From the sequence record PQ464595.1: 64,000 nt of DNA. One strand, written 5' to 3'. The translations under genes and the position numbers were made by a program. Positions within the stretch are counted from its first letter, which is position 1, and each line of letters begins with the position of its first letter. Shown here in pieces: positions 26,436 to 37,122 of the stretch. Below the pieces are notes generated by a model. It made no database searches. It saw only the letters and a list, made by a program, of their open reading frames with translations, and was not told the DNA's origin.

Positions 26436-27173
26436 ATGATAGATCGCAGAATCCGACTAAGACCTAAAGATGCCGCAGCAAGCTATGTGTATGGTGATAG
26501 AAGCCAAACAGGTAGTACTCAATCATCTATATTGTCTTTTTTACGTGTTACTAATGGTATGGTATGGAACTATACACCTATCATATCTGAACAACGTACA
26601 GTCAATTATGAATCGGAACAGCCGATTCACACAAACAGTGGTTATAACAACTACAAAAACACATCAAACACAACAATCACTATCCAAGGTTCTTTCTACG
26701 CAAGTACGGGCATGGAAGCAATGTACACACTAGCATGTATGCATTTCCTTCGCTCCGCAACACAAATGGACTTCGGTAGAACAGCCGCCTTGTCAAGTAA
26801 TCCTGACTTCGCAGTTGTTGGTGCTCCACCTCCAATATTGTTACTAAGTGGTTATGGACGATACATTTACAATGACATTCCTGTTATTATCAAATCGTAC
26901 CAGTTCAGTTATGCTGATGATGTTCCTTATATTCAAGTACCAGTAGATAGTTCAGTCGATGGTTATGATTATTCCGATTCCGCAACTCGTGCGTACTTTG
27001 AGAATCTTCGTAATGCTGGTACAGTAAATCCAGAAAACGAAGTTTGGGTTCCTCAAAAAATGAATATCACTATTCAATTAGAAGAACAACCTACACCGAA
27101 CTTTATGACCACGAAGTTCAATTTGAACTCATTTAAACGTGGTGAAATGCTTCGCAAAGGAGGATTCATTTAA
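26436..27173 (+). CDS. Baseplate/tail-tube initiator-like protein (gp48/gp54-like, putative); start corrected to MIDRRI
   Basis: SD GGAG; GAPPPILLLSGYG..IY.DIPVII pattern; first gene of the baseplate operon. Confidence 0.6.
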   Translation: MIDRRIRLRPKDAAASYVYGDRSQTGSTQSSILSFLRVTNGMVWNYTPIISEQRTVNYESEQPIHTNSGYNNYKNTSNTTITIQGSFYASTGMEAMYTLACMHFLRSATQMDFGRTAALSSNPDFAVVGAPPPILLLSGYGRYIYNDIPVIIKSYQFSYADDVPYIQVPVDSSVDGYDYSDSATRAYFENLRNAGTVNPENEVWVPQKMNITIQLEEQPTPNFMTTKFNLNSFKRGEMLRKGGFI

Positions 27174-27487
27174 TGGCATCTCAATACAGTACTTACTCAC
27201 CTTATTCTAAGGTAGATCAAACATGGTATCTTGATTACAATTTACCACAAACTATGTCTAAAGCAGATAGTGATTCGGAATACATCATTCCACCTCAGTA
27301 CAATGAACAACCTTGGCGTTTAGCTAAGGATTTGTACGGTAATGAACGTTTGTATTACATCTTTGCTTTACTTAATCCAGATCTTCTCGTAGATCCAATT
27401 TATGATTTTACGGCTGGAACAACAATTTTAATTCCATCATTACAACGTGTGCAAGTTTGGTTAAACGGTTCACGTAACGTTAAGTAA
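27173..27487 (+). CDS. gp53: Baseplate wedge protein (gp53/LysM-like)
   Basis: YII......PWRLAKDLYGNERLYYIFALLN...DP..DF.AG..I.IP. Confidence 0.8.
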   Translation: MASQYSTYSPYSKVDQTWYLDYNLPQTMSKADSDSEYIIPPQYNEQPWRLAKDLYGNERLYYIFALLNPDLLVDPIYDFTAGTTILIPSLQRVQVWLNGSRNVK

Positions 27488-27498
27488 GGATTTTCAAC

Positions 27499-29880
27499 AT
27501 GGCGTCAATTAATAACCTTATTAACAAGGTACAAACTGGTAGCACCAAAATTCCAGAAACAAATATGGAAGGTGTAGGTGATCAAATTCTATCGAATGTA
27601 GAAAGCCTAAACCAAACCGCACAATCATTGAAAAATAGTGCGACTCAAGCTAGTAACGCAGCAGTCTCAGCAGCAAAAAGTGGTGTTGAAAAAGTTAGTT
27701 CTAGTGTTAAAGGTATGATTCCAGGTGAAGCAAATGCTTATGTGGCTCGTACAGCACAAGAAAAACAAAAATCATATGATGCTGAATCTAACTTGTATTC
27801 AAACATAGATTTGAATTCTTTAGTACTGCCATATGATAATCCACTACTTGCGTATCATAACTATACTTGGAATTTCTCACTTTATACAATGTCACCTGCT
27901 GAATATGAATTATTTTTAGATAATGATACAGCAGATGTAAACAAATACGTTGTAGCACAAAGTGCGGTAACTGGTAGATATAGTATCGAGAGTGTAAAGA
28001 TTACTCAAGCTGGTCCAGCAACACCAGGTATTACTTCTAACTATTCCATGAACACTGCTATAATGGAAATTAAAGAGAATGGTGGACAACACTTGTTCGA
28101 TGACCTTGTAGTACTTTCAAATACTCTAGGTTATAAAAAATTCATGGATGTACCTTTTGTAATGGAACTAAATTTTATTGGTTTTGATGAAAATACTGGT
28201 GTTCCAACAACTATGAAATCTCTAAACCGCAAATGGGGTGTTCGGTTGAATACGATTCAAGGAACAGCATCACAAAGTGGTGGAGCTATCACATACACAC
28301 TATCATTGAGTAGTACTCGTGGTGGTATGATGGAAAACAAAGACTGGACTCTTAAAGAACCTTATACTTGTACTACTGGTACATTTGGTGAGTTCATTCA
28401 ACAACTACAAGACCATATGAATAAAGTCGCAACTGACCAGTACGGTTATCTTCGTTATCGTTATGATGCTTTTTCAAATGACGAATACTTTAAAATGATT
28501 CTCCCTACTGAACTTGCTAACATGACTATTAACTACGATTCTAAACAGAGTCCAGAAGTTAACCAAACCAAATCGGGTGCTAGTGGTGCTAAAGATTTTA
28601 CATGGGGTGCAGATGTTCCTGTATCTCGTGTAATCGACGATGTATTGGACTGTTGTATGCCACTTCATGAAAGTACTGACAAGCGTCGTAACTTCGTTAA
28701 TATCATTCCTGTTTCTCGTTATGTTGGATATGATCCAATTCGTGATACAAGTGCATATAAGAATTTTTTCTATATCTTGAAGTATAAAATTGGTGACGTA
28801 ACTTCAAAAGATGATTTACTTCCAGAGTCTTTCAATCTTCAGTACTTCTACGATAACGCAGATAAGATTAATGATGCTGCTGATTCTGATAAGCCAAAAA
28901 TAAATGGCAAGCGTTACGACTATCAATTTAGTGGTCTTAATACAGAAATCCTTAATTTAGATATTAAGTATGATCAAGGATTCAATATTGCTGTAACTCG
29001 TAACCCACAATCTCAGATTGATAAGTCAAACAGTACTGGTACACACGTAGCTGAAACTTTAGAGCTTGCTGGACAAGAATATAGTACTGCTGATACAGCA
29101 CAACTATGGGCTAAATCTCAGGAATTAGTTAACAAACAGAAAGCTGGACAAACACTAACTGATGAAGAACGTCAGTTTATTCGTGATGCTCAGGGTGCTT
29201 CTGCTACACGAGTAATGCCTACTGAGGGAGAACAAGACCAAGCTAATACAAATTTATCTATGGCTCCTGCGTTACCATCTTACATTGAAGATTTCCGTAA
29301 TACAATCGACGTTGGTGTTGAAGGTACAAACGGAATCGGTACTCCACGTGTTGATAGTGTTCCAACTGAACCTACTAACATTGGTAGAACAAACTCTGGT
29401 GCTAAAGGTGATAACAGTTCAGATGATGAATTACAACGTCGCTTAATTCGTGACAACTACTATAACCGTTCCTTCTTAGGTAAATTGGATATTAAAGTTG
29501 TTGGTGATCCATTCTGGTTAGGATGGGGAGACTATTCATATATTCGTTACTTAGACCGAGCGGCACGTGGAGAAGATATTAAACCAAATGCTGAAGATAT
29601 TCACTTTGCTAATTACATGACTACTGAAACATACTTACTATTGAACTTAAAGCCTATTGTTGCTATTAGTGATGATACTGGTATTCTAGAAGTTAATCAG
29701 AAGTCAGTATTCAATCAAAACTTCTATCGTGTTAACAAAGTTGTTAGCGAATTCAGTAGTAATGGTTCATTCACTCAGCAATTATCTGCTGGTTTAGTGA
29801 TTCGCTCACTACGTAATAATGATCAACAAACAACTGGTACGCAATCAGCGGAATCAGTTAAGAAAAACGGGAAACAATAA
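27499..29880 (+). CDS. Baseplate hub protein (gp27-like, putative)
   Basis: Lies between gp53 and gp5; C-terminal LDIKVVGDP and YRVNKVVSEF...G.FTQ.L motifs of hub proteins. Confidence 0.6.
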   Translation: MASINNLINKVQTGSTKIPETNMEGVGDQILSNVESLNQTAQSLKNSATQASNAAVSAAKSGVEKVSSSVKGMIPGEANAYVARTAQEKQKSYDAESNLYSNIDLNSLVLPYDNPLLAYHNYTWNFSLYTMSPAEYELFLDNDTADVNKYVVAQSAVTGRYSIESVKITQAGPATPGITSNYSMNTAIMEIKENGGQHLFDDLVVLSNTLGYKKFMDVPFVMELNFIGFDENTGVPTTMKSLNRKWGVRLNTIQGTASQSGGAITYTLSLSSTRGGMMENKDWTLKEPYTCTTGTFGEFIQQLQDHMNKVATDQYGYLRYRYDAFSNDEYFKMILPTELANMTINYDSKQSPEVNQTKSGASGAKDFTWGADVPVSRVIDDVLDCCMPLHESTDKRRNFVNIIPVSRYVGYDPIRDTSAYKNFFYILKYKIGDVTSKDDLLPESFNLQYFYDNADKINDAADSDKPKINGKRYDYQFSGLNTEILNLDIKYDQGFNIAVTRNPQSQIDKSNSTGTHVAETLELAGQEYSTADTAQLWAKSQELVNKQKAGQTLTDEERQFIRDAQGASATRVMPTEGEQDQANTNLSMAPALPSYIEDFRNTIDVGVEGTNGIGTPRVDSVPTEPTNIGRTNSGAKGDNSSDDELQRRLIRDNYYNRSFLGKLDIKVVGDPFWLGWGDYSYIRYLDRAARGEDIKPNAEDIHFANYMTTETYLLLNLKPIVAISDDTGILEVNQKSVFNQNFYRVNKVVSEFSSNGSFTQQLSAGLVIRSLRNNDQQTTGTQSAESVKKNGKQ

Positions 29881-32579
29881 TGGCATCTCAACAACCTAAT
29901 GGTTCAGGTACTAGTAATAGTATGGCGTATGCTAAGAATCAGGCCGCTCGTTTCAATCCACAGTTCGTACAACTTGCTACGGTTATGGATAACAGAGATC
30001 CTGCCAAAACTGGTAAACTAAAAGTTTGGGTACAGAACTCACAATCAGATTCTGATTCTAAAGGTTCATGGTTAACAGCATCATATCTATCACCATTTGC
30101 TGGGAGAACTCCTGGTACTCCTGGTGCTGAATCTTATTCACAATTTCCTAAAGGTTACGGCTTTTGGGCTGTACCACCAGATGTAGGAACTACTGTTGCG
30201 ATATTCTTTGCTAACGGTAACATTCATGATTGCTGGTGGTTCGCATGTGGTTATGAAGACCGCATGAACACAATGGTTCCTGGTAGTGCTACACAAACAC
30301 TACCGAACAGTGGTTATGACATGGCTGTACCTATTACTGACTATGACCGTAACACACTACAAACACAAATGGATCAGAAATATGTCAACGTACCGTTGGT
30401 AGCTGGTCTAACAAAACAAAACTTGTTATATGATGAACAAAAAGGTGCGGCGAACCGTTCCAGTACTCGTCAAACTACTAGTACTGTTTATGGTATGTCA
30501 TCACCTCGTGGTAACAGCTTTATCATTGATGATGGTTACACCGATGCTGAATTGACAGCACCTAATTGGGATGATGATCCTGATTCATATCAAAATACAC
30601 AATTGTCAAATCCAGTGAACGATACAACTATCGGTCAACGTAAAAACGAAGGTATTGTACTACGTACACGTAGTGGTGCTCAGTTCTTACTTTCAGAAGA
30701 CCAAGGAAATGTATTTTTGATTAACCGTGATGGTACAGCACGATTTGAAATGACTCCTGATGGACAAATTACTGTTCACTCAGACAAGAGTATTACTATT
30801 CGTACCGATGAAGATTTCAACCTTACTGTCGCACGAGATATGAACGTTGAAGTTGGTGGGAACTATAACATGAAGGTTCAAGGTGCTACTAAGTTAGATC
30901 TAGTAGGAACCTTAGATGCTAAAGTGGGTGGTCAAGTTGTCATTAATACTGGTGCTGATTTACGTTTAGTAGCAGCAGCAAGTATTCGTGTTCAAAGTGG
31001 TTCCAGTACTAACATCACTTCTGGTGAGAACACCGCAATTAAAACTGGTTCTACTTTTGATGTTACGGCTCCTACAGCAGTTAACTTAAGCGGTGGTGGC
31101 ACGAACTTTACTATTGCTGGTACAGTTGACAGTAGTTCACAAATTAATGCTCCAGACTTTGTTTCTCCATCAGTTGGTTTAAATAGTCACATTCACTTAC
31201 ACGCAGCATTCTCTGACGCAAGTAATCACAGTAATGAAATGGCAGCACCTGTTCAGGGTGGTGGTGGAAACAACGCTAAAGCAGCAGCAGAACCGCAGCC
31301 AGCTAACGATGTAGCACCAGTAACGCCGACAGTACAGCAACAAGAGAACGTACAGCATATTAACAGTACGAGCGAGGTTGGTCAAGTACTAACGCAAGAT
31401 TTAGTGGTTTCAGATGGCGGTGAGGATAACACAACAGTTGAATCATACACTACTACCTATGAAGGTTTACAACTATTCATGCCATGTACCGGAACCATTC
31501 GTGAATTCGGATATTGGGGTAAAGGTGTTCCAACGCAAAGTGGAAGTACTACAAATCGTAATGGTTGGATTATTCAAGCCAAAGGCGATGTAGTTGCTCC
31601 AGAGGGTGGTTTAGTTACTAAGATGGGTAATGGTGGTATTATTATTACACACCCAATTGGTTATAAGAGTATTTTCTATGATATTGATGTAACTGTAACA
31701 AACAAAGATACGGTAACTAAAGGTCAGAAGATTGGTACAGCTAATGGTGTATTTGAATTTGAAATTCGTCTTGCTTCCGCAAACATCTACGGATGGAGTG
31801 GTACAGTTGACCCAGGATTATTCTACAGTACTGTAACTGCTAAGGGAGCAGATTGTGCGAATAAGAGTTTAACCGTTGGTAAACCTTCTAACCCTAATCC
31901 TAAACCTGCTGCTTCTTATTCAGAGAACAGTACAGATTTGGTTGTTATTACTAGCGTAGGAAGTATTGGTTCAGGATATTCACAACGTGGTTCTCTACAT
32001 GTTCCAAGACGTACCAGTACTAAAAAACGAAATTCTAACACCTCAGCTAATGTTCCAGCAGAAGATTTGTCAAATATTGATAAAACCGCACAGGACTGGA
32101 AAGTATCACCATCTGATAGTAAATTACTTGAAGAAGTAAAAGAATTTGAAGGTACAATTCAATATCAAACAGCAGTTGGATATTATCGTAACGGTAGATT
32201 CTGGATCTATAAAGATAGTCTAGGTTATCCAACAATTGGTTACGGTCATTTAATCACTGCTGCTGACAACTTCGGTGGTGGTATTGATGAAGCTCAAGCA
32301 GATGCACTTTTACAGAAGGACTTAGCCCGTACTGTGCGTGATGCTCAATCACTTTATGCTCAGTATAATATGAAAACCCCATATATTTGTCAAATAGTTT
32401 TAGTAGAAATGTGTTTCCAAATGGGTAAAGGTAAAGTAGCTAAGTTTAAAAATACATTACAAGCTATGGCGAACGGTGATTATAAAGCGGCTGCTGCTGG
32501 TATTAGAAACTCAGCTTGGTATAGACAAACAACTCGTCGTGCTGAAATTATGGCTCGTCGTGTAGAGTCTTGTCAATAA
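29880..32579 (+). CDS. gp5: Central spike (gp5-like): OB-fold, beta-helix, HxH apex, M23-like domain, C-terminal GH24 lysozyme
   Basis: VMDNRDP.K.GKLKVW, PPDVGTTV.IFF; SHIHLH; FEG..Y.D.LGYPTIGYGH. Confidence 0.85.
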   Translation: MASQQPNGSGTSNSMAYAKNQAARFNPQFVQLATVMDNRDPAKTGKLKVWVQNSQSDSDSKGSWLTASYLSPFAGRTPGTPGAESYSQFPKGYGFWAVPPDVGTTVAIFFANGNIHDCWWFACGYEDRMNTMVPGSATQTLPNSGYDMAVPITDYDRNTLQTQMDQKYVNVPLVAGLTKQNLLYDEQKGAANRSSTRQTTSTVYGMSSPRGNSFIIDDGYTDAELTAPNWDDDPDSYQNTQLSNPVNDTTIGQRKNEGIVLRTRSGAQFLLSEDQGNVFLINRDGTARFEMTPDGQITVHSDKSITIRTDEDFNLTVARDMNVEVGGNYNMKVQGATKLDLVGTLDAKVGGQVVINTGADLRLVAAASIRVQSGSSTNITSGENTAIKTGSTFDVTAPTAVNLSGGGTNFTIAGTVDSSSQINAPDFVSPSVGLNSHIHLHAAFSDASNHSNEMAAPVQGGGGNNAKAAAEPQPANDVAPVTPTVQQQENVQHINSTSEVGQVLTQDLVVSDGGEDNTTVESYTTTYEGLQLFMPCTGTIREFGYWGKGVPTQSGSTTNRNGWIIQAKGDVVAPEGGLVTKMGNGGIIITHPIGYKSIFYDIDVTVTNKDTVTKGQKIGTANGVFEFEIRLASANIYGWSGTVDPGLFYSTVTAKGADCANKSLTVGKPSNPNPKPAASYSENSTDLVVITSVGSIGSGYSQRGSLHVPRRTSTKKRNSNTSANVPAEDLSNIDKTAQDWKVSPSDSKLLEEVKEFEGTIQYQTAVGYYRNGRFWIYKDSLGYPTIGYGHLITAADNFGGGIDEAQADALLQKDLARTVRDAQSLYAQYNMKTPYICQIVLVEMCFQMGKGKVAKFKNTLQAMANGDYKAAAAGIRNSAWYRQTTRRAEIMARRVESCQ

Positions 32580-32610
32580 ATACTTGTACTGATTAATTCA
32601 GGAGGTATAA

Positions 32611-33099
32611 ATGAGTAATTGGGTATTAACAAGTTCAGATTCTGGTCTTTTAAATGATATTAAAAATTTTGAAGGTACAATTGCGTATCAAACAAAAGTT
32701 GGATATTACAAGGATGGTAAATTCTGGACTTATAAAGATAGCTTAGGCTATCCAACAATTGGTTATGGTCATTTGATTTTGACAGGTGAGAACTTTAAAC
32801 AAGGTCTTAATGAAAGTCAAGCTAATGATCTATTGGCTAAAGATCTCGCATCTAAAGTTGCTGACGCTAAATCATTGTATGATCAATATGGCATGAAGGG
32901 TGGAATTGCTTTACAAAAAGTACTAACTCAGATGGTATTCCAAATGGGTAAACCTAGAGTATCGCAATTCAAAAATGCTCTTACCGCTATGGGTAAAGGT
33001 GATTATAAATTAGCTGCTAAAGAAATGCGTAATTCTAATTGGTACAAACAAACTACATCACGTGCTGAAAAACTAGCTCGTATTGTAGAATCTCTATAA
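32611..33099 (+). CDS. GH24 (T4-type) lysozyme, paralog of the gp5 C-terminal domain
   Basis: E-D-T triad (FEG...YKDSLGYPTIGYGH), FQMG, NS.WY.QT..RA; own late promoter at 32577-32582. Confidence 0.92.
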   Translation: MSNWVLTSSDSGLLNDIKNFEGTIAYQTKVGYYKDGKFWTYKDSLGYPTIGYGHLILTGENFKQGLNESQANDLLAKDLASKVADAKSLYDQYGMKGGIALQKVLTQMVFQMGKPRVSQFKNALTAMGKGDYKLAAKEMRNSNWYKQTTSRAEKLARIVESL

Positions 33100-33109
33100 G
33101 GAATAACAG

Positions 33110-33499
33110 ATGGCAGTTATATTCAAAGGCTTTTCTTCTCCAGTTGTGGGGAAGACTGAAGTACTATACGATATTGACATTGTTCGTCAAGACTTACTAA
33201 ATCACTTTAACACTCGAAAGGGTGAACGTGTAATGGATGTTGAGTACGGTTTTATTGGTTGGGACTTGCTTTTCGAAATCGACAGACCAGGAAACTCACA
33301 ACTACTAGAAGCTGACGTTCGTCGTATCGTAGCACTTGATCCTCGTTTACAATTGCTATCTGTAACCGTATCAAGTGTAGAATATGGTTATCGTATTGAT
33401 CTTTCTCTCTATTATGTTCAATTAGAAACAGTAGAAGATTTAGAATTAGTATTTGATAACAGATCACAACAAAGAATGGCGTTTGTTAACGCCGCTTAA
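33110..33499 (+). CDS. gp25: Baseplate wedge protein (gp25-like)
   Basis: LLNHFNTRKGERVMD.EYG..G.DLLFE...DPRL. Confidence 0.9.
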   Translation: MAVIFKGFSSPVVGKTEVLYDIDIVRQDLLNHFNTRKGERVMDVEYGFIGWDLLFEIDRPGNSQLLEADVRRIVALDPRLQLLSVTVSSVEYGYRIDLSLYYVQLETVEDLELVFDNRSQQRMAFVNAA

Positions 33500-33509
33500 A
33501 TAAAGTTTA

Positions 33510-33546
33510 AAGGCATCCTCTGGATGCCTTTTCTTTTGGATAAATA
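33510..33546 (+). terminator. Terminator (33510-33532) followed by late-type promoter GATAAATA (core 33541-33546)
   Basis: AAGGCATCC-TCT-GGATGCCTT-TT. Confidence 0.8.
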
Positions 33547-33578
33547 TTTCTATATTATTATATGAGGTGTATAAAAAC

Positions 33579-36500
33579 ATGGCACAACAAAAACGACAAT
33601 CCAATTTGTATGCTGCTGAAGATTGGCAACAAGTATATGAGTCATTTGCTCAAATCAACTTGACTGCGTATGATTTTGATACAATTCGTGAAAGTATGGT
33701 TAATTATCTTCGTCTAACATATCCAGATTCTTTTAATGACTGGATTGAAAACGACGAGTTCATTTTTATTCTTGATACAATCGCACTGATTGGACAGAAC
33801 TTAGCATTTCGTATGGACTTGAACAGCCGTGAGAACTTTCTCGATACAGCAGAGCGTAGAGCTTCAGTACTGAAACTGGCTAAGATGATTTCTTATGCAC
33901 CGAAACGTGCATACCCTGGACGTGGCATAGCAAAAGTTATGACCGTTAAAACAAACCAAGATATTAAAAATAGCTTTGGTCAATCTTTAAAGAACCAACT
34001 AGTACGTTGGAATGACCCAAGTGATAACAACTGGTACGAGAACTTCATTCTTGTAATGAATAGTGTTCTAATTGATACTAACCAATTTGGTGATCCAGTT
34101 AAAAAAGTAACAGTTAACGGGGTTTCGAATCAACTTTATCAGATGAATACAATTCCAATGACCGCTCCAAATATTCCGTTCACCGTGAATATTAATGGTG
34201 CTTCCGTTCCATTTGAAGTTGTTAACCCTGATATTACCAGTACTGGTACAGTTACAGAACGTCATCCACAACCACAAGAACAAAAACATATTATCTATCG
34301 TAATGATGGTAATGGGTTTGATTCGCCATATACTGGATTCTTTGTATATTTCAAACAAGGTAACTTATCCTTTACTGACTACGAATATGACCAACGTATT
34401 GAAAGTCGTGTTCAGGATTTGAATACAAATAACATCAACGAGATTGATGTATGGGTACAAGAAATTACAGATGATGGTTTAGTACGTACAAAGTGGACAC
34501 GTGTTCCAGCAATTGAATCAATTTCTTATAACTCTGTAGACCGTAAACAAAAAAATATTTTCTCTGTAACTACTCGTGATAACGATCAGATTACAATTAA
34601 ATTCCCTGACGCTCGTTCAGGCCAAGTACCTCGTGGTACTTATCGTTTCTGGTACAGGGTTAGTAATGGTGAAACTTATACCATTAAAACAACTGATATT
34701 CAGAATAAACCTGTAAAGTACACATATCGTACTAATACACAATCTGAATTCGAATCAAGTACTTTAGACATGCAATTTAGTCTTCAATTCCAGTCATCAC
34801 TTGCTCAATCTCGTGAAACTATTGAACAGATTAAAGAACGTGCTCCACAATTGTACTACACGCAGAACCGTTTCGTCAATGGTGAAGATTATAATATCGC
34901 ACCACTAATGTTAGGGAACACTGTACTAAAAGCTAAAGCTATTAACCGTATCTATAGTGGACAATCACGTTTCATTGATATTAATGACCCAACAGGTAAG
35001 TATCAAAACACTGATGTATTCACTGATGATGGAGCAATCTATCGTGATACCATTCAAGCAAGTAATTCAGTACTTCTACCAACGGCGAAATCTAATACAG
35101 CAATCGTAATTGACAGTATTCAGCCTCTAATCGGGTCGAACGCAGTTATTCAGTTGTATCAAGAGTTCCCAACTAATACAGTTATCATTAGTAACAACCA
35201 ACAATGGAAACCAGAGTTCAACTCAAGCTATTCTTCTAACACATATGGTAGAATAATGGTGGGTAGTACTGTTGTATCTTATGATATTGGCACAATTATT
35301 AATTTCCCAACTTCTTCAGGTGTAGATATTTGGACTTCTGTAGTTGATACAACGGCTGACGGCTATCTAGTACTGTCAATGCCAATTTCAAATAACCAAT
35401 CCGCGACGGAATTCATTAAACCGTTCCGTGTGAAGTTCTCAAACGTTGAAGTTCAAACGATTGCTGCTGAATTGGATAAAAAGACTGACTTTGTACTGAT
35501 TTATGATCCAAATACACTAACATGGATTCCAATTGAAGGAACCTATACCACTGATACAGTACAATACAACAATGTTGTGTATCCTATCCTTATAAACATT
35601 TCTTATACCTCTGAGTCATGGGAATTTGTTAGTAATGGAGTGAATTACATCTTTGTTGGGGGCGAAAAAGTTCGATTCTATTTCGTTAGTACTGAAAATA
35701 TCAGCGATATTAGTACTGGTACTGTCCAATCTGATAAAATTGATATTCTATCCTATAACTCGAATTATACAAATAACAATGGTTATACAGATGATGAATC
35801 ATTCCAAATTATTGAGACTGTGAATCAGGAAAATGGTTATATTGATGGTTCTCGTGTAATTATCACCAGTTCATCTCGTGATACAAACGGTATTCCATTG
35901 AACCCTAATCAATTTAGAAATATTGTTCCTACCTTAACTGGTACTAACAAGACTAAATTTGAACAGTGGCTGGTATTCCATGAAAATACGGACTTTACGA
36001 TTGATATGATTGATCCAACAAGTTCTGATTTCACACTACTTGATAGTACTTGGACATATACCATGACTGATGTGACCGCTGAAACCATTGCTTATCGTAA
36101 AGCTGCATTACTTCGTAATGTTACTATGCGTAGTACCAATGTTTCCGCTCTTTTGAACAGAGGTTCAGGCTTTGTTATTGGTTTTGAATTAGATGGTTCT
36201 GATTATTTCGTACAACAGACCGTTGGTAACAACAATGATCGTATGAATAACTTCTTGTCTAACATGACATTACCAACTGACCAGAATCCACTAACGCCAG
36301 AGCAAGCATTTAAACGTGCTATTGATAATATGAGTTCTGATACGGCTGATGAATCAGTTAAATTGGACTATTATGGCTATATTGATGTAAGTACTGACTA
36401 CTTTATCAGAAAAGATGCTCGTGTAGATATTAATTATCATTGGAAGCACTATGCTCCAGATGATAATCGTATCGACCCAAGCCGTACTAACTTGATTGAT

Positions 36501-37043
36501 ATGTATGTATTAACAAGTTCTTATAAAGATGCTGTTGATATTTGGTTGAAACAGGCAAATGGTTCTGAATTCCCTAAACCACCTACTAGTACTGAACTAG
36601 CTGAGATGTTTACGGATGTTGAGAACAAGATTGTAATAAGTGATAGTATGATTTGGCATAGTGCTACGTACTTGAAACTGTTTGGTGATACTGCTGATGT
36701 AGATTATCGTGCTGATTTCAAGGTTATCAAACTAGCTAATAGTACTTTAAGTGATGACGAGATTCGTCAGAAGGTAATTTCACTAACCAATGACTTCTTT
36801 AGTGTAGACAATTGGGATTTCGGTGAAAGCTTCTACTATACTGAACTAGCAACATACATTCACATCAACTTAAGTACTGAAATCGCTTCTGTGGTTATCG
36901 TACCTCAGAATCCAAGTTCTAAGTTCGGTGAATTGTTCGAAATACCAAGTGCTTCAGACCAATTGTTTGTAAGTACTGCGACTGTTGATAACGTTATTAT
37001 CGTGAACTCTCTAGCGAAAAGTAACATTAACATTGGCAAATAA
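33579..37043 (+). CDS. gp6: Baseplate wedge protein (gp6-like); start MAQQKR
   Basis: YDFDTIRESM..YL..T....FND, FLDTAERR.SV..LAK...Y, IKERAP..Y.TQNR.V..EDY. Confidence 0.9.
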   Translation: MAQQKRQSNLYAAEDWQQVYESFAQINLTAYDFDTIRESMVNYLRLTYPDSFNDWIENDEFIFILDTIALIGQNLAFRMDLNSRENFLDTAERRASVLKLAKMISYAPKRAYPGRGIAKVMTVKTNQDIKNSFGQSLKNQLVRWNDPSDNNWYENFILVMNSVLIDTNQFGDPVKKVTVNGVSNQLYQMNTIPMTAPNIPFTVNINGASVPFEVVNPDITSTGTVTERHPQPQEQKHIIYRNDGNGFDSPYTGFFVYFKQGNLSFTDYEYDQRIESRVQDLNTNNINEIDVWVQEITDDGLVRTKWTRVPAIESISYNSVDRKQKNIFSVTTRDNDQITIKFPDARSGQVPRGTYRFWYRVSNGETYTIKTTDIQNKPVKYTYRTNTQSEFESSTLDMQFSLQFQSSLAQSRETIEQIKERAPQLYYTQNRFVNGEDYNIAPLMLGNTVLKAKAINRIYSGQSRFIDINDPTGKYQNTDVFTDDGAIYRDTIQASNSVLLPTAKSNTAIVIDSIQPLIGSNAVIQLYQEFPTNTVIISNNQQWKPEFNSSYSSNTYGRIMVGSTVVSYDIGTIINFPTSSGVDIWTSVVDTTADGYLVLSMPISNNQSATEFIKPFRVKFSNVEVQTIAAELDKKTDFVLIYDPNTLTWIPIEGTYTTDTVQYNNVVYPILINISYTSESWEFVSNGVNYIFVGGEKVRFYFVSTENISDISTGTVQSDKIDILSYNSNYTNNNGYTDDESFQIIETVNQENGYIDGSRVIITSSSRDTNGIPLNPNQFRNIVPTLTGTNKTKFEQWLVFHENTDFTIDMIDPTSSDFTLLDSTWTYTMTDVTAETIAYRKAALLRNVTMRSTNVSALLNRGSGFVIGFELDGSDYFVQQTVGNNNDRMNNFLSNMTLPTDQNPLTPEQAFKRAIDNMSSDTADESVKLDYYGYIDVSTDYFIRKDARVDINYHWKHYAPDDNRIDPSRTNLIDMYVLTSSYKDAVDIWLKQANGSEFPKPPTSTELAEMFTDVENKIVISDSMIWHSATYLKLFGDTADVDYRADFKVIKLANSTLSDDEIRQKVISLTNDFFSVDNWDFGESFYYTELATYIHINLSTEIASVVIVPQNPSSKFGELFEIPSASDQLFVSTATVDNVIIVNSLAKSNINIGK

Positions 37044-37049
37044 TAAAAT

Positions 37050-37085
37050 GGGCATCTTCGGATGCCCTTTATCTTGCCATAAATA
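37050..37085 (+). terminator. UUCG terminator (37050-37070) followed by late-type promoter (core 37080-37085)
   Basis: GGGCATC-TTCG-GATGCCC-TTT; CATAAATA. Confidence 0.8.
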
Positions 37086-37122
37086 AAACAAATGAGAAAA
37101 AGAATTTTTATTGGAGAATAAA

